Shown: positions 19,340 to 29,610, counted from the stretch's first letter. The stretch is 64,000 nt of DNA from Candidatus Magasanikiibacteriota bacterium (GCA_016193335.1 JACPSK010000003.1:23739-87738); one strand, 5' to 3'. Notes: generated by a model not told the origin, from the sequence alone. Made by a program: numbers and translations.

Positions 19340-21139
19340 TCATCTCTTCAAGACTGCCAAGTAGGCCTCGGTTGGAATATCCACTTTGCCTTTTCCATGA
19401 GCAAGCATTTTTTTCTTTCCTTTTTTTTGTTTTTCAAGGAGTTTACGCTTTCGAGTTACATCTCCACCGTAAAGTTTGGCCGTTACGTCTTTACGCAGGG
19501 CGGAAATCCGTTCGGCCGCTATAATTTTTCCGCCTATGGCCGCTTGAATTTTTAGGACGAATTGTTGCTTGGGTAAAGTATCTTTTAGCGAATTGACTAT
19601 TTTTTTGCCGATTCCAAAAGCTTGTTCACGCCAAACCAGAGTAGCGAGAGCCTCCACCGCCTCATCGGCGATAAAAATGTCCATTTTCACTACATCGGCT
19701 TTTCGATATTCTTTGAATTCATAATTTAAAGAAGCATAGCCGCTCGTGACTGTTTTTAACTTATCGTAAAAGTCAGTAATAAGAGAGGCAAGAGGCATTT
19801 GGTAATGCAGCATGGCGCGCTGTTCTCCTGTCGTAGAACTTGAGGAAGCGCTTAGATATTCGGTATTTATGTATTGCCCTTTGCGTTCTGAAACAAGACT
19901 CATTATATTTCCTATGAAAGATTGGGGCACAATGATATCCACGTTCATCCAAGGCTCTTCAATATGTTCTATCTCTTGAATGCTCGGGAGACCTTGCGGA
20001 CTTTTTATGGTTTGCTCTGCGCCGTTTGTTTTGAAGACATGATACGCTACGCTTGGAACGGTGGCGATTATGTGGAGGCCGAATTCGCGGCGCAGGCGTT
20101 CTTGAAAAATTTCCAGATGTAGCATGCCCAGAAATCCGCAGCGAAATCCAAAACCGAGCGCCTGTGATTGTTCTGGTTCATATGCCAGAGCTGAATCGCT
20201 GAGTTTCAGTTTTTCCATCGCTTCACGCAGAGCGGAATAGTCGTCTCCTTCTTGAGGAAAAATTCCAGCGAATACCATCGGTTTTACTTTTTTATAACCG
20301 GGCAAGGCTTGGTTCGCTTGATTTTTTTCAAGAGTAATCGTGTCTCCCACGCGCACTTCCCCCAGTTCCTTGAGTCCGCTCACCACATAGCCGATTTGTC
20401 CGTTTTCAAGTTTTAAGTCGGCCTTCAAATCGGGGTTGTAGTGGCCGACTTCCAAAACCTCGGCTCTGGCCCCTGTACTCATAAATTGTATTCGGTCCCC
20501 TTTGGAAATGGCGCCGTCTTTCACACGGACTGAAGCGATTACGCCGCGGTAATCGTCGTAAAAAGAATCGAAAATGAGGGCCCGAGTTTTGTGTTCTTCG
20601 TTGCTTGGCGGCGAAGGAATAAGATCTAAAACTGCTTGGAGCAATTCTTCCACCCCCTGACCGGTTTTACCGGAGCAGGTAAGAATGTCTTCGCGTTTGC
20701 ATCCGATGAGATGAACGATTTCGGCTCCCGCTTTTTCTGTGTCTGCGTTTGGCAAGTCAATTTTATTCAAAACCGGAATAATAACAAGGTTTTGTTCGAG
20801 CGCGAGATAAAGGTTTGCTATGGTCTGAGCCTGCACGCCTTGGCTGGCATCCACCAGCAGAATAGCTCCTTCCACCGCAGCGAGGGAACGGGAGACTTCA
20901 TAAGTAAAATCCACATGGCCGGGAGTATCTATAAGGTTCAGCAGGTGATTTCTAAACTTCATGCGCACAGGCTGGAGTTTTATGGTGATGCCCCGTTCTT
21001 GCTCCAGTTCCATCTGGTCCAGGATTTGATCTTTCATGTTTCTTTTGTCTATGGTTCCGGTAATTTCTAAAAAACGATCCGCAAGCGTGGATTTGCCATG
21101 ATCTATGTGGGCTATGATGCAGAAATTGCGGATGTTCAT
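19340..21139 (-). CDS. lepA: Elongation factor 4
   Basis: Motifs IRNFCIIAHIDHGKSTLADR, DTPGHVDF, GFRCGFLGMLH, LYGGDVTRKRKLL. Confidence 0.98.
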   Translation of the reverse strand: MNIRNFCIIAHIDHGKSTLADRFLEITGTIDKRNMKDQILDQMELEQERGITIKLQPVRMKFRNHLLNLIDTPGHVDFTYEVSRSLAAVEGAILLVDASQGVQAQTIANLYLALEQNLVIIPVLNKIDLPNADTEKAGAEIVHLIGCKREDILTCSGKTGQGVEELLQAVLDLIPSPPSNEEHKTRALIFDSFYDDYRGVIASVRVKDGAISKGDRIQFMSTGARAEVLEVGHYNPDLKADLKLENGQIGYVVSGLKELGEVRVGDTITLEKNQANQALPGYKKVKPMVFAGIFPQEGDDYSALREAMEKLKLSDSALAYEPEQSQALGFGFRCGFLGMLHLEIFQERLRREFGLHIIATVPSVAYHVFKTNGAEQTIKSPQGLPSIQEIEHIEEPWMNVDIIVPQSFIGNIMSLVSERKGQYINTEYLSASSSSTTGEQRAMLHYQMPLASLITDFYDKLKTVTSGYASLNYEFKEYRKADVVKMDIFIADEAVEALATLVWREQAFGIGKKIVNSLKDTLPKQQFVLKIQAAIGGKIIAAERISALRKDVTAKLYGGDVTRKRKLLEKQKKGKKKMLAHGKGKVDIPTEAYLAVLKR

Positions 21140-21449
21140 ACCTCTTCTTTGTTGTGTAGTGTGATGATTTTATCTAATGTAAGGTTTTTTTGCAAATATT
21201 TTAGTTCATGGTAAGGTTAAGAAAAAAGTAGACGAATTATCGATTTTTGGACTCTGTAGGGTTGTCTCCATGGGCCTTGAAAAACAGACATGGGCCTTGT
21301 TTTTGTCGACAGTGTCTCTGCTCTCATTCAGAGTGACACTTGAGCTCTTAATGAGCTTCAGAGAGATCTTTGTGAGATACCATACCTGATGGGGAGATCT
21401 GGGGAGAAAAGTACCGACCCGAGGACGGCGACTGAGCAGATATATCTGC

Positions 21450-23057
21450 TCATTTTGTTTGCTCGAGAGAAGTATCTGTCCCGGCCAATTTGAGCCAGCG
21501 TTTTCTGAGACTTTTTTTGATAAGTTCCAACTCTTCGAGTTTCAGCCAATGGCATATCAATATATAGGTAAAGAGACCTATCAAAGCTGAAACCGCGCCT
21601 TGGATAAAAATTCCCCAAAAGCGGGTCATATCAACAAGCGCCGCGAGCGGAGTTTTCATATATTGGACCATGGTAGCCATCATAAAGGCTGCCAATGAAA
21701 TTTTTAACAAACTTTTAAGCATACTTCGTTCGTGGAGGGTTTTGAGTTTAAAGCGAAGCGCGATCCAGGTAAGAGCAAGCTGTATGGCTCCTGATATAGA
21801 AAAAGCGAGAGCCAGACCGGCAACTCCGAAATGGTCTCTCAAACTCAGACTTAACATGAAGTTTAATATGACTCCGGCGGCACTGAGTAAAAAAGGTGTC
21901 CATGTGTCTTGTAGCGCGTAGAAGGCACGGGCAAGGATCAGTATCAAACATTGAGCGAAAAGCGATAATGAGAAGAAGGCGAGGGTGTCTGCGGTCGCTA
22001 TGGTGGAGTTCCAGTCGAATTTTCCTGAACCCAAAACCACGCGCACAATTTGGGCGCGCAAGAGGAGAAAGATAATCGTGGCCGGTACTATAAAAAAAAT
22101 AATTTGTCTCAGACTAAAGGACAGCTGAGATATCATTTCATCTCTTTGACCTTCTGCCATGAGTTTCGCAAGAGTGGGAAAGGCCGCTATGGCGAATGAA
22201 TGGCCGATGATGCCAACCGAGAAGAATTGCAGGTTATTGGCCAGGTTGAATATAGCGATGCTCCCTGCGGCCAAGCTTGAAGCAAGTACCGTCATGATCA
22301 GGAGATTAATTTGTTGAGTGGCAAGGCCCAAAGTCCGTGGCACTATGAGTTTGCCCACTTTCCGGACCAGAGGGTCTTTGAGCGAAAAAATCGGTTTTAA
22401 ACAAAATCCATAATGGAAAAGGGCGGGTATTTGTATAGAAACGTGGAGTATCGCTCCAAGCACTACGCCCCAGGCCAAGCCCGCGGGTCCCAGCCGGGGC
22501 ACAAAAAAAAGAACCCCGAGTATGATTCCGAGATTATACAAGATGGGGCTGAGAGCGAATACTATAAAATTTTTAAAAGAATGCAAAACACTGCTTATCA
22601 CACTGCTCAAGCCAAGCAGAACGGGACTCAGAAACATGATCCGGGTGAGTCTAATGGTGAGTTCCAGTTTTTCGGGAGGAAAATTATTGACCATCTTGCC
22701 CATCAGAATTGGAGTAAGCGCGTACAGCACGGCGCATACGCACAGAAAACCGAGACTGACGATAGTGAGTATATTGTTGGTGAGTTTCCATGCTCTGTCT
22801 TTATCTTTTTGCCAAATTTCCAGGAATACGGGAATAAAACCGGCTGACAAAGCTCCCGCAATGAGTAAATTGAACACAAAATCAGGGATACGAAAGGCGG
22901 CGTAATAGGCATCCAAAATATCCCCGGCTCCAAAGTAATGGGCCAATATTCTGTCTCGCAGCACTCCGATGATCCTGCTTAGAAAAGACGCCGCTCCTAG
23001 AATGATGGCGGCGCCTGTGATGGTTTTTGACTGGGACGAAAATAACTGTGTAATCAT
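21450..23057 (-). CDS. murJ: Lipid II flippase MurJ
   Basis: SRIIG.LRD..LA..FGAG...DAY.AAFRIPD and GALSAGFIPVF motifs; ~14 TM helices. Confidence 0.95.
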   Translation of the reverse strand: MITQLFSSQSKTITGAAIILGAASFLSRIIGVLRDRILAHYFGAGDILDAYYAAFRIPDFVFNLLIAGALSAGFIPVFLEIWQKDKDRAWKLTNNILTIVSLGFLCVCAVLYALTPILMGKMVNNFPPEKLELTIRLTRIMFLSPVLLGLSSVISSVLHSFKNFIVFALSPILYNLGIILGVLFFVPRLGPAGLAWGVVLGAILHVSIQIPALFHYGFCLKPIFSLKDPLVRKVGKLIVPRTLGLATQQINLLIMTVLASSLAAGSIAIFNLANNLQFFSVGIIGHSFAIAAFPTLAKLMAEGQRDEMISQLSFSLRQIIFFIVPATIIFLLLRAQIVRVVLGSGKFDWNSTIATADTLAFFSLSLFAQCLILILARAFYALQDTWTPFLLSAAGVILNFMLSLSLRDHFGVAGLALAFSISGAIQLALTWIALRFKLKTLHERSMLKSLLKISLAAFMMATMVQYMKTPLAALVDMTRFWGIFIQGAVSALIGLFTYILICHWLKLEELELIKKSLRKRWLKLAGTDTSLEQTK

Positions 23058-23119
23058 AAACGCGCCCTTTCGCTGATTTAGGGCCTTTTTTACGGGAGAA
23101 AAGAGAAAAGGCCAAAGTT

Positions 23120-24040
23120 TTAAAGCCAATTCCTTCGTTTTAACATTCCTATCGTGATGAGTATAACGCTGAGGAGGACTATGAACATAGTCCATACATA
23201 ACTTGCTTTATGGGCGAAGGGCAAACCTTCTATGTTCATGCCATAGATTCCGGACAATAAAGTAAGCGGTAGCAAGGCCACCGAAATAACCGTGAGCGTG
23301 CCGATTACTTTGTTGGTCCTCCGATTTATGATTGATTCAACCGTTAAATGAAGACCGGAGATCGTTTCTTTGTACGTTTCGATGATAGCCCAGAGTTTAT
23401 CCATGTAGTCTCGCAAATCATCGAAATAAAGAGACAGGTGTTCATCCAGGAATGTTTTTCGTGTGTTGGAGAGATTGGACATGAGGTATCGCTGCGGTTC
23501 TATGATCCTTCTGAAATGAAGGATATTTCTCCTATGTACTGCGAGTTCTCTGATCATGGAAGTGTCCGGCTCATCGCTGAATATTTCATTTTCCAATATA
23601 GACACATGTTTTCCTATATTGTTGAGTATTGGTCTGGCCTCGTGAAACAAAGATTCTATGAGCTTATAAAGCAGATAAGCCGCGTCGTCGTTAAACCATT
23701 CTTTGTTGACGTTTCTGTTGTTCATGCAACGGTAGAAGAAATTTTTTATTTCCTTACTTTTTTTATTTTGTATGGTAATAAGGTATCCATCTCCCAAAAA
23801 TATATTGAGTTCGTGTGTTTTTACTTGTTTTTCAAAATTCTGCCAAGCGGGAAAATGCAGGACTAGGAAGAGATAATCTTTGTAAATGTCAATTTTAGGA
23901 GTTTGACTTTCACTTTGTATGTCTTCAATATCAAGATGGTGGAACTTGTAGTTTTTTTTGAGATAAGAAATCGCCTCTGCGTCTACTTGATCTATATTTA
24001 TCCAGGTGATGTTGTTTTTTTTGAATTCTTTGATCATCAT
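23120..24040 (-). CDS. corA: CorA family Mg2+/Co2+ transporter
   Basis: LPLTLLSGIYGMN signature and two C-terminal TM helices. Confidence 0.93.
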   Translation of the reverse strand: MMIKEFKKNNITWINIDQVDAEAISYLKKNYKFHHLDIEDIQSESQTPKIDIYKDYLFLVLHFPAWQNFEKQVKTHELNIFLGDGYLITIQNKKSKEIKNFFYRCMNNRNVNKEWFNDDAAYLLYKLIESLFHEARPILNNIGKHVSILENEIFSDEPDTSMIRELAVHRRNILHFRRIIEPQRYLMSNLSNTRKTFLDEHLSLYFDDLRDYMDKLWAIIETYKETISGLHLTVESIINRRTNKVIGTLTVISVALLPLTLLSGIYGMNIEGLPFAHKASYVWTMFIVLLSVILITIGMLKRRNWL

Positions 24041-24064
24041 AGAATTGAGAAAGCTTTCTTGATT

Positions 24065-24748
24065 TTACTCAAGAGAAGTGGTAACGGTCAGAAACAACGC
24101 GTCGGTTGTTTCTGTGCTCGGATCGTCTTGTATAAATATGAGGCCGTCTATTCCCGTTTTACTAAAGGTAAATTGGCGCGTCAATTTGTTTGAGCTGGTT
24201 ATTCCTATTTTGAAATTGCGTTTTTTAAGTTCTGTTCTGTAGTATTCTTCCAAAAAGTCCGCGCTGGCGTCGAGCTGTTCCCATTCTATGCTGACGACAT
24301 CTCGGTGATCTGCGATGGGAGCTTTCATGAAAGCCACCAGGCGCCGGGCCAGACTGAGGGATTGTTCTGTTATGCCGTTGTCTTTTTTCGCTGTGGAGCT
24401 GAAATCATTGTCTCGATCCAATATGAGGACAACAGGGGATATGAACAGCTTGGGGAGAAAGGCCGCGTATTCGGCTCCTTTATTACGTTCCACCCCTTTT
24501 GTGAGCTTTATGAGTTTGGTCCCTTCTATATCGTAGGTTGGCACCAATTCGGCGAAAAGACTTGGCAGATCTTTGATTTCCACCGGTTTGGGCCTGAGGG
24601 TAAATTTTAAAAGTATCAAAGAAACAATAATCACTACCCCCAGACATCCCAAGCAGCTGACACAGGCTCTGCGCAAACACGATTTTTTTTTCGTGAGTTG
24701 TTCGATGGGCGGTTCTTTTATTTCGACTTTTGAAAATGCTGGAGTCAT
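24065..24748 (-). CDS. Hypothetical single-pass membrane protein
   Basis: KKKSCLRRACVSCLGCLG followed by a TM helix and a soluble domain; operonic with corA. Confidence 0.7.
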   Translation of the reverse strand: MTPAFSKVEIKEPPIEQLTKKKSCLRRACVSCLGCLGVVIIVSLILLKFTLRPKPVEIKDLPSLFAELVPTYDIEGTKLIKLTKGVERNKGAEYAAFLPKLFISPVVLILDRDNDFSSTAKKDNGITEQSLSLARRLVAFMKAPIADHRDVVSIEWEQLDASADFLEEYYRTELKKRNFKIGITSSNKLTRQFTFSKTGIDGLIFIQDDPSTETTDALFLTVTTSLE

Positions 24749-25009
24749 ATTGAGATTATCGAATCTATTGTAGCAAAATAGTTTGAATTTGTGTAGGGAC
24801 AAGAATATATGTCCTTCATGTGAACTTTGGGATAGCGTATCCTGACCGGCCCGGGCCATAATCTAGGTATTATTGCCGAGCCTGCTTCTGTATTGTACTA
24901 TGTATCACATGAGTACAGGCCTGTCTAAAGGCGCTTGTGGAGGGTCTGGGTAATTTGATACTGCCGGTGGCGTTTAGCGCTCATTAATAATTTTTATTGT
25001 CATTTAATT

Positions 25010-26362
25010 ATGAAATTATCATTTTACGGGGCCGCGCACGAAGTAACCGGATCATGCTATTTGCTTGAGACAAACGGGAAAAAGATTTTGGTAGATTGTG
25101 GCATGTTCCAAGGTTCCGATTTCAACGCGGGCAAAAATCATGATGCTTTTCCTTTTGATCCTTCTTCCATAGATTGCGTTTTGGTGACGCACGCGCATCT
25201 TGATCATACCGGACGTATACCGAGACTGATACATGATGGTTTCAAAGGAAAAATATACATGACCAAGGCCACCCTCGAATTGGCGCGGATTGTGTGGGAA
25301 GACGCCTTGAATATTATGCTTTCTGATCGAGAAGAATTTCAACTGCCCGTATTGTATGATATGGGTGATATAGAAACTGCTTCAGAACATGGTGAGGGTG
25401 TTTCCTATGGCGCGACTGTAAATGTGGGCCAGGACATAAGCGCTGTTTTCAAAGACGCGGGCCATATTTTTGGTTCGGCTTTTATTGAAATTTTTTCAGA
25501 AGGGAAAACCATAGCTTTTTCCGGCGATATTGGAAATAAAGACGCGCCCATACTTCGTGAGACCGAAGCCTTGGGATCTATCGATATTTTGCTTTGCGAA
25601 TCCACCTATGGAGCCCGGAATCATGAATCTGTGGAAGAACGCGACCACCTATTATTGGAGCTTATACGTGAGGGTTGTAAAAAGGGAGGTACCATTATGA
25701 TGCCGGCCTTTTCCATAGAGCGCACACAGGAGATCTTGTATCGTTTGGACCGTTTGAGCGAAGAAGAAAAAACGCTTCCTAAAATTCCTATTTTTTTGGA
25801 TAGTCCCATGGCGATAAACGCTTTGTCGGTTTATAAAAAATATCCAGAATATTATGATGAGGAAGCCTGCAAGAAATATATGAAAGGGAATGATTTTTTT
25901 GATTTTCCTCAATTGAAAATCACCGCTACCGTGGATGCTTCAAAACATATCAATTCAGTAAAAGGTCCTAAAATGGTAATTGCCGGAGCGGGTATGATGA
26001 ATGGGGGGCGTATTTTGCACCATGCGCTCAGATACTTGCCAGATCCTCATTCAACGCTTATCATTGTGGGCTATCAGGCCTACGGCACTTTGGGACGCAG
26101 ACTCTACGAGGGCGCGGACACGGTCAATATTTTTGGCAAGAAGATAAAAGTTGCCTGTACCATAAAAGCCATAGGCGCCTTGTCCGCCCATGCTGACCAA
26201 GAAAAACTTTTGAGTTGGATAGCGAGTGCCGGGAAAAGGCCTGGAAAAGTATATTGCGTCCATGGAGAAGCCGAATCGGCAACAGCATTTGCTCACAAAT
26301 TGAGAGATGTCTTCGGTATCACTGCTCTGGTGCCTGAGTATGGAGAGACGGCTCTTGTTTGA
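25010..26362 (+). CDS. MBL-fold beta-CASP ribonuclease
   Basis: Motifs GAAHEVTGS, THAHLDHTGR, AGHIFGS, SGDIG, ESTYG, SAHAD, VHGE. Confidence 0.93.
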   Translation: MKLSFYGAAHEVTGSCYLLETNGKKILVDCGMFQGSDFNAGKNHDAFPFDPSSIDCVLVTHAHLDHTGRIPRLIHDGFKGKIYMTKATLELARIVWEDALNIMLSDREEFQLPVLYDMGDIETASEHGEGVSYGATVNVGQDISAVFKDAGHIFGSAFIEIFSEGKTIAFSGDIGNKDAPILRETEALGSIDILLCESTYGARNHESVEERDHLLLELIREGCKKGGTIMMPAFSIERTQEILYRLDRLSEEEKTLPKIPIFLDSPMAINALSVYKKYPEYYDEEACKKYMKGNDFFDFPQLKITATVDASKHINSVKGPKMVIAGAGMMNGGRILHHALRYLPDPHSTLIIVGYQAYGTLGRRLYEGADTVNIFGKKIKVACTIKAIGALSAHADQEKLLSWIASAGKRPGKVYCVHGEAESATAFAHKLRDVFGITALVPEYGETALV

Positions 26363-26384
26363 AAATTATAACAGTACTTTATTA

Positions 26385-28556
26385 ATGGAATTCAAATTAC
26401 AAGCTCCATATAAACCCTCAGGAGACCAACCAAAGGCCATGGTGGGCCTTATTTCAGGTTTTTCTAAACAAGAAATGAGACAAACTCTTCTTGGCGTTAC
26501 AGGTTCGGGCAAGACCTTTACCGTGGCCAATGTCATACAAGCTCTACAAACACCCAGCCTGGTTATAGCGCACAACAAGACTTTGGCCGCGCAGCTTTGC
26601 AATGAATTTAGAGAGTTTTTTCCAGACAACGCGGTAGAGTATTTTGTGAGTTATTATGATTATTATCAGCCAGAGGCCTATATGCCTGGCTCTGACACAT
26701 ATATAGAGAAAGAAGCCCAGGTAAATGAAGAAATAGATCGGCTCCGTCACGCGTGCACCCAAGCTTTGTTGAGCCGTCGCGATGTTATCATTGTTGCTTC
26801 GGTTTCAGCCATTTACGGCTTGGGCTCTCCAACCGAATATGAAAAAATTGTGCTTCATCTCGAACTTGGACAGCGCTTGGATCGTCGAACTTTGATGGAA
26901 CAGCTCGTTGAAATGCAATTTGAGCGCAATACTTTGGAAGTGAAGCGCGGCACTTTTCGAATGCGTGGCCAGGTTTTTGAAATTATGCCGGTGAATGAAG
27001 AGCGCGTCTACCGACTTGAAATTACAGACAGAATCGAAACAATAGAACAGATTGATCCGGTAAGCAGATCAGTGCTCCGTTCTTCTCGCGGTGAAGCAAG
27101 AGATCCAGGCCTTGTTTCTCAGCCAGGAACCAAGGCGCTTGCTGATCTTTGGTTTTTTCCGGCAAAACATTATGTGGCAGGTCCCAAGGCAAGAACAGAA
27201 GCGATCGGACGCATAGAGTCAGAGCTTAATGAACGATTATCTTATTTTAAGAAACAGGGGAAGGTTTTGGAGCATGAACGCCTGAAACGTCGGGTTCGGC
27301 ATGATCTGGAACTTATCAAAAATCTTGGTTATTGCAATGGGATTGAAAATTATTCCAGACATTTTGAAGGGAGGGCTGAAGGGGAGCCGCCTTTTACTTT
27401 GCTGGATTATTTTGAGCGAGCGGCGGGCAGGGACGGTTTTTTGACGGTGATCGACGAATCCCATGCTACGATTCCGCAGATTCGAGGTATGTATCATGGA
27501 GACAGAGCGCGTAAGGATACTTTGGTGGAACATGGATTCCGTCTACCCAGCGCTCGAGACAATCGTCCCTTGACCTTTGAAGAATTTGATACAAAGGTTT
27601 CCAAGGTTTTGTATGTTTCAGCCACGCCGGCCGAGTATGAGATCAAAAGCAGTTCTCGTGTGGTTGAACAGATTGTGCGTCCCACCGGGCTCGTTGATCC
27701 AGAGGTTTTGCTGAAACCTATCACGGGCCGTTCATTTTCAGAAAAGAGCAAGAAAACGGCGGGAAAAGAATCTCTATCGCAGGTTGATGATGTGATTTTG
27801 GAAATACAAAAGACGGTAGAGAAAAAAGAACGAGTTTTGGTTACCACTCTCAGCAAAAAGATGGCTGAAGATTTGACCGAATATTTGAAAAAAAAGAAAT
27901 TGAAAGTCACCTATTTGCACAGTGACATACATACTTTAGAAAGAATCAGTATTATACACGCGCTCAGGAAAGGTGAAATAGATGTTATTGTGGGCGTAAA
28001 TTTGCTCCGCGAGGGTCTGGATATTCCGGAAGTTTCTCTGGTGGCTATTTTAGACGCTGATAAGGAAGGATTTTTGCGGAGTGAAACCAGTCTGGTCCAG
28101 ACCATAGGGAGAGCCGCGCGGAATGTAAATGGGAGGGTTATATTATATGCCGACGAAATGACCGGTTCTATTGAGAGAGCTCTTGGAGAAACGAAGCGCC
28201 GTCGCGAAATTCAGCTCGTCTACAATAGAGAACATGGGATTAGTCCCAAGACCATTGAAAAACGTATTCGTAATATATTGGCGGAGTTTGGCATTGGCGA
28301 TGAAAAGGGGATTAGCACAGATAAAAGAATGAAAAAAAGAAGGGTGGAAATCGCCAGACTCGATACTCTTGGCGACGAGCGCGACATCAAAGAGATCATC
28401 AAAGATAAAGAGCAAAAAATGAAAGAAGCGGCCCGAGGGCTTGAGTTTGAGTTGGCCGCCCTTCTTCGGGATGAAATTCGCGAATTGGAAGCCAGAGGCA
28501 AAGTTTCCAAGATGCTGAAAACAAAAAAACGGCAGAGCCGCGGTGTAAGAGTTTGA
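26385..28556 (+). CDS. uvrB: Excinuclease ABC subunit B
   Basis: Motifs LGVTGSGKT, YYDYYQPEAY, DESH, LLREGLDIPE, QTIGRAARN; C-terminal UVR domain. Confidence 0.98.
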   Translation: MEFKLQAPYKPSGDQPKAMVGLISGFSKQEMRQTLLGVTGSGKTFTVANVIQALQTPSLVIAHNKTLAAQLCNEFREFFPDNAVEYFVSYYDYYQPEAYMPGSDTYIEKEAQVNEEIDRLRHACTQALLSRRDVIIVASVSAIYGLGSPTEYEKIVLHLELGQRLDRRTLMEQLVEMQFERNTLEVKRGTFRMRGQVFEIMPVNEERVYRLEITDRIETIEQIDPVSRSVLRSSRGEARDPGLVSQPGTKALADLWFFPAKHYVAGPKARTEAIGRIESELNERLSYFKKQGKVLEHERLKRRVRHDLELIKNLGYCNGIENYSRHFEGRAEGEPPFTLLDYFERAAGRDGFLTVIDESHATIPQIRGMYHGDRARKDTLVEHGFRLPSARDNRPLTFEEFDTKVSKVLYVSATPAEYEIKSSSRVVEQIVRPTGLVDPEVLLKPITGRSFSEKSKKTAGKESLSQVDDVILEIQKTVEKKERVLVTTLSKKMAEDLTEYLKKKKLKVTYLHSDIHTLERISIIHALRKGEIDVIVGVNLLREGLDIPEVSLVAILDADKEGFLRSETSLVQTIGRAARNVNGRVILYADEMTGSIERALGETKRRREIQLVYNREHGISPKTIEKRIRNILAEFGIGDEKGISTDKRMKKRRVEIARLDTLGDERDIKEIIKDKEQKMKEAARGLEFELAALLRDEIRELEARGKVSKMLKTKKRQSRGVRV

Positions 28557-28564
28557 TGTATTCT

Positions 28565-28610
28565 CCGTCCGTGTTCCCTGGGCCTATAAAGAGGTCCAGG
28601 GACCGGACGG
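28565..28610. terminator. Strong hairpin between convergent uvrB and the small peptide gene
   Basis: CCGTCCG.....CCCTGG-loop-CCAGGG..CGGACGG. Confidence 0.55.
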
Positions 28611-28625
28611 GTATGTTCGGTCGGC

Positions 28626-28718
28626 TTATGGAGCCGCCAGCGCGTAGACGAGAAGTGGCACGGCCACAGCGAAGATTGTGACGACGAGGGTGCTGATCAA
28701 TTTTTCACGCTTGCCCAT
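28626..28718 (-). CDS. 30-aa hydrophobic peptide (type I toxin-like candidate)
   Basis: MGKREKLISTLVVTIFAVAVPLLVYALAAP; SD GGGAG; own promoter TTGACA-N17-TACACT at 28834-28806. Confidence 0.6.
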   Translation of the reverse strand: MGKREKLISTLVVTIFAVAVPLLVYALAAP

Positions 28719-28868
28719 GGTGTTCTCCCTATCCTGCGTTACGAACCCGGAAGCCTTTGCGCCGAACCGCTTTTGCGATGTCAGCTCAATGGACCGAACG
28801 GACAAAGTGTAGAGGGGGGGCGGCATTTTGTCAATGGTTTTTTTACATGGTTGCTGTGTATATCTTCA

Positions 28869-28892
28869 AGCCTATCCCTTCATAACATATTT
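28869..28892. repeat. Solo terminal inverted repeat of family B
   Basis: AGCCTATCCCTTCATAACATATTT matches the ends of 3806-3911 and the start of the 48649 copy. Confidence 0.65.
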
Positions 28893-28980
28893 CAAACTGA
28901 CATATCGTCATGGAGAGTATACGCGAGCTATCGACTTTGATCTCGCATTGGAGTATGCCCCTTTGTGTGCATAATATATT

Positions 28981-29610
28981 ATGATTTCTTTCATTCATGT
29001 AAAGTCCGCCGTAAAAAGGCTGTTTTTTCTATCAGTTTTTTTATTTGTTGCTTTAGTGATTTTTGCCAATGCCCGTGTACTCGGCGATTATTCGGATCTC
29101 ATATATGCGGAGCCAGAAAAGAGTCCCAGCTCTCCATTGGCTTTGGTTTTCGGAGGCGGCATGCGGGGCAAAGGCCTCCAGACAGATATGCAATACGATC
29201 GCGTTAAACAGGGGATTGAACTCTATCATACCAAAAAAATTCAAAAGCTCATGTTTACCGGAGACGATGGCGCCCTGAGAGCAGATGAAATTTCGGCCAT
29301 GAAGCAGATGGCTTTGGACGCCGCTGTGCCGCCACAGGATATTCTCATTGATCCTCACGGATACAGAACATATGAAAGTTGTAGACGGGCTCGTTTTGAG
29401 TACGGTTTGAATGAAGTGATCGCTATTTCTCAGTCTTTTCATCTGCCTCGGATACGATATTTGTGCGAGCATTTTGGGGTTCGCACGATTGGCCTGTCTG
29501 CTGATCTCAGAGATTATGAAGAAGTTTGGACGCCTTATCTGCGTGAGGCGCTTGCTCGCGTGAAGGCTTGGTCCGAACTGTTTCGATATGATGTTACGCA
29601 TCCGCAATGA
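28981..29610 (+). CDS. SanA/YdcF/ElyC (DUF218) family protein
   Basis: ALVFGGG, DRV..G.ELY, TGD, E..AM, D.HG.RTYES, SQ.FHLPR, RE.LA motifs. Confidence 0.9.
   Translation: MISFIHVKSAVKRLFFLSVFLFVALVIFANARVLGDYSDLIYAEPEKSPSSPLALVFGGGMRGKGLQTDMQYDRVKQGIELYHTKKIQKLMFTGDDGALRADEISAMKQMALDAAVPPQDILIDPHGYRTYESCRRARFEYGLNEVIAISQSFHLPRIRYLCEHFGVRTIGLSADLRDYEEVWTPYLREALARVKAWSELFRYDVTHPQ

Noticed and set aside
21269-21299. Direct repeat as a possible CRISPR remnant
   Set aside because: Only two 11-bp units with a 9-bp spacer and no cas genes
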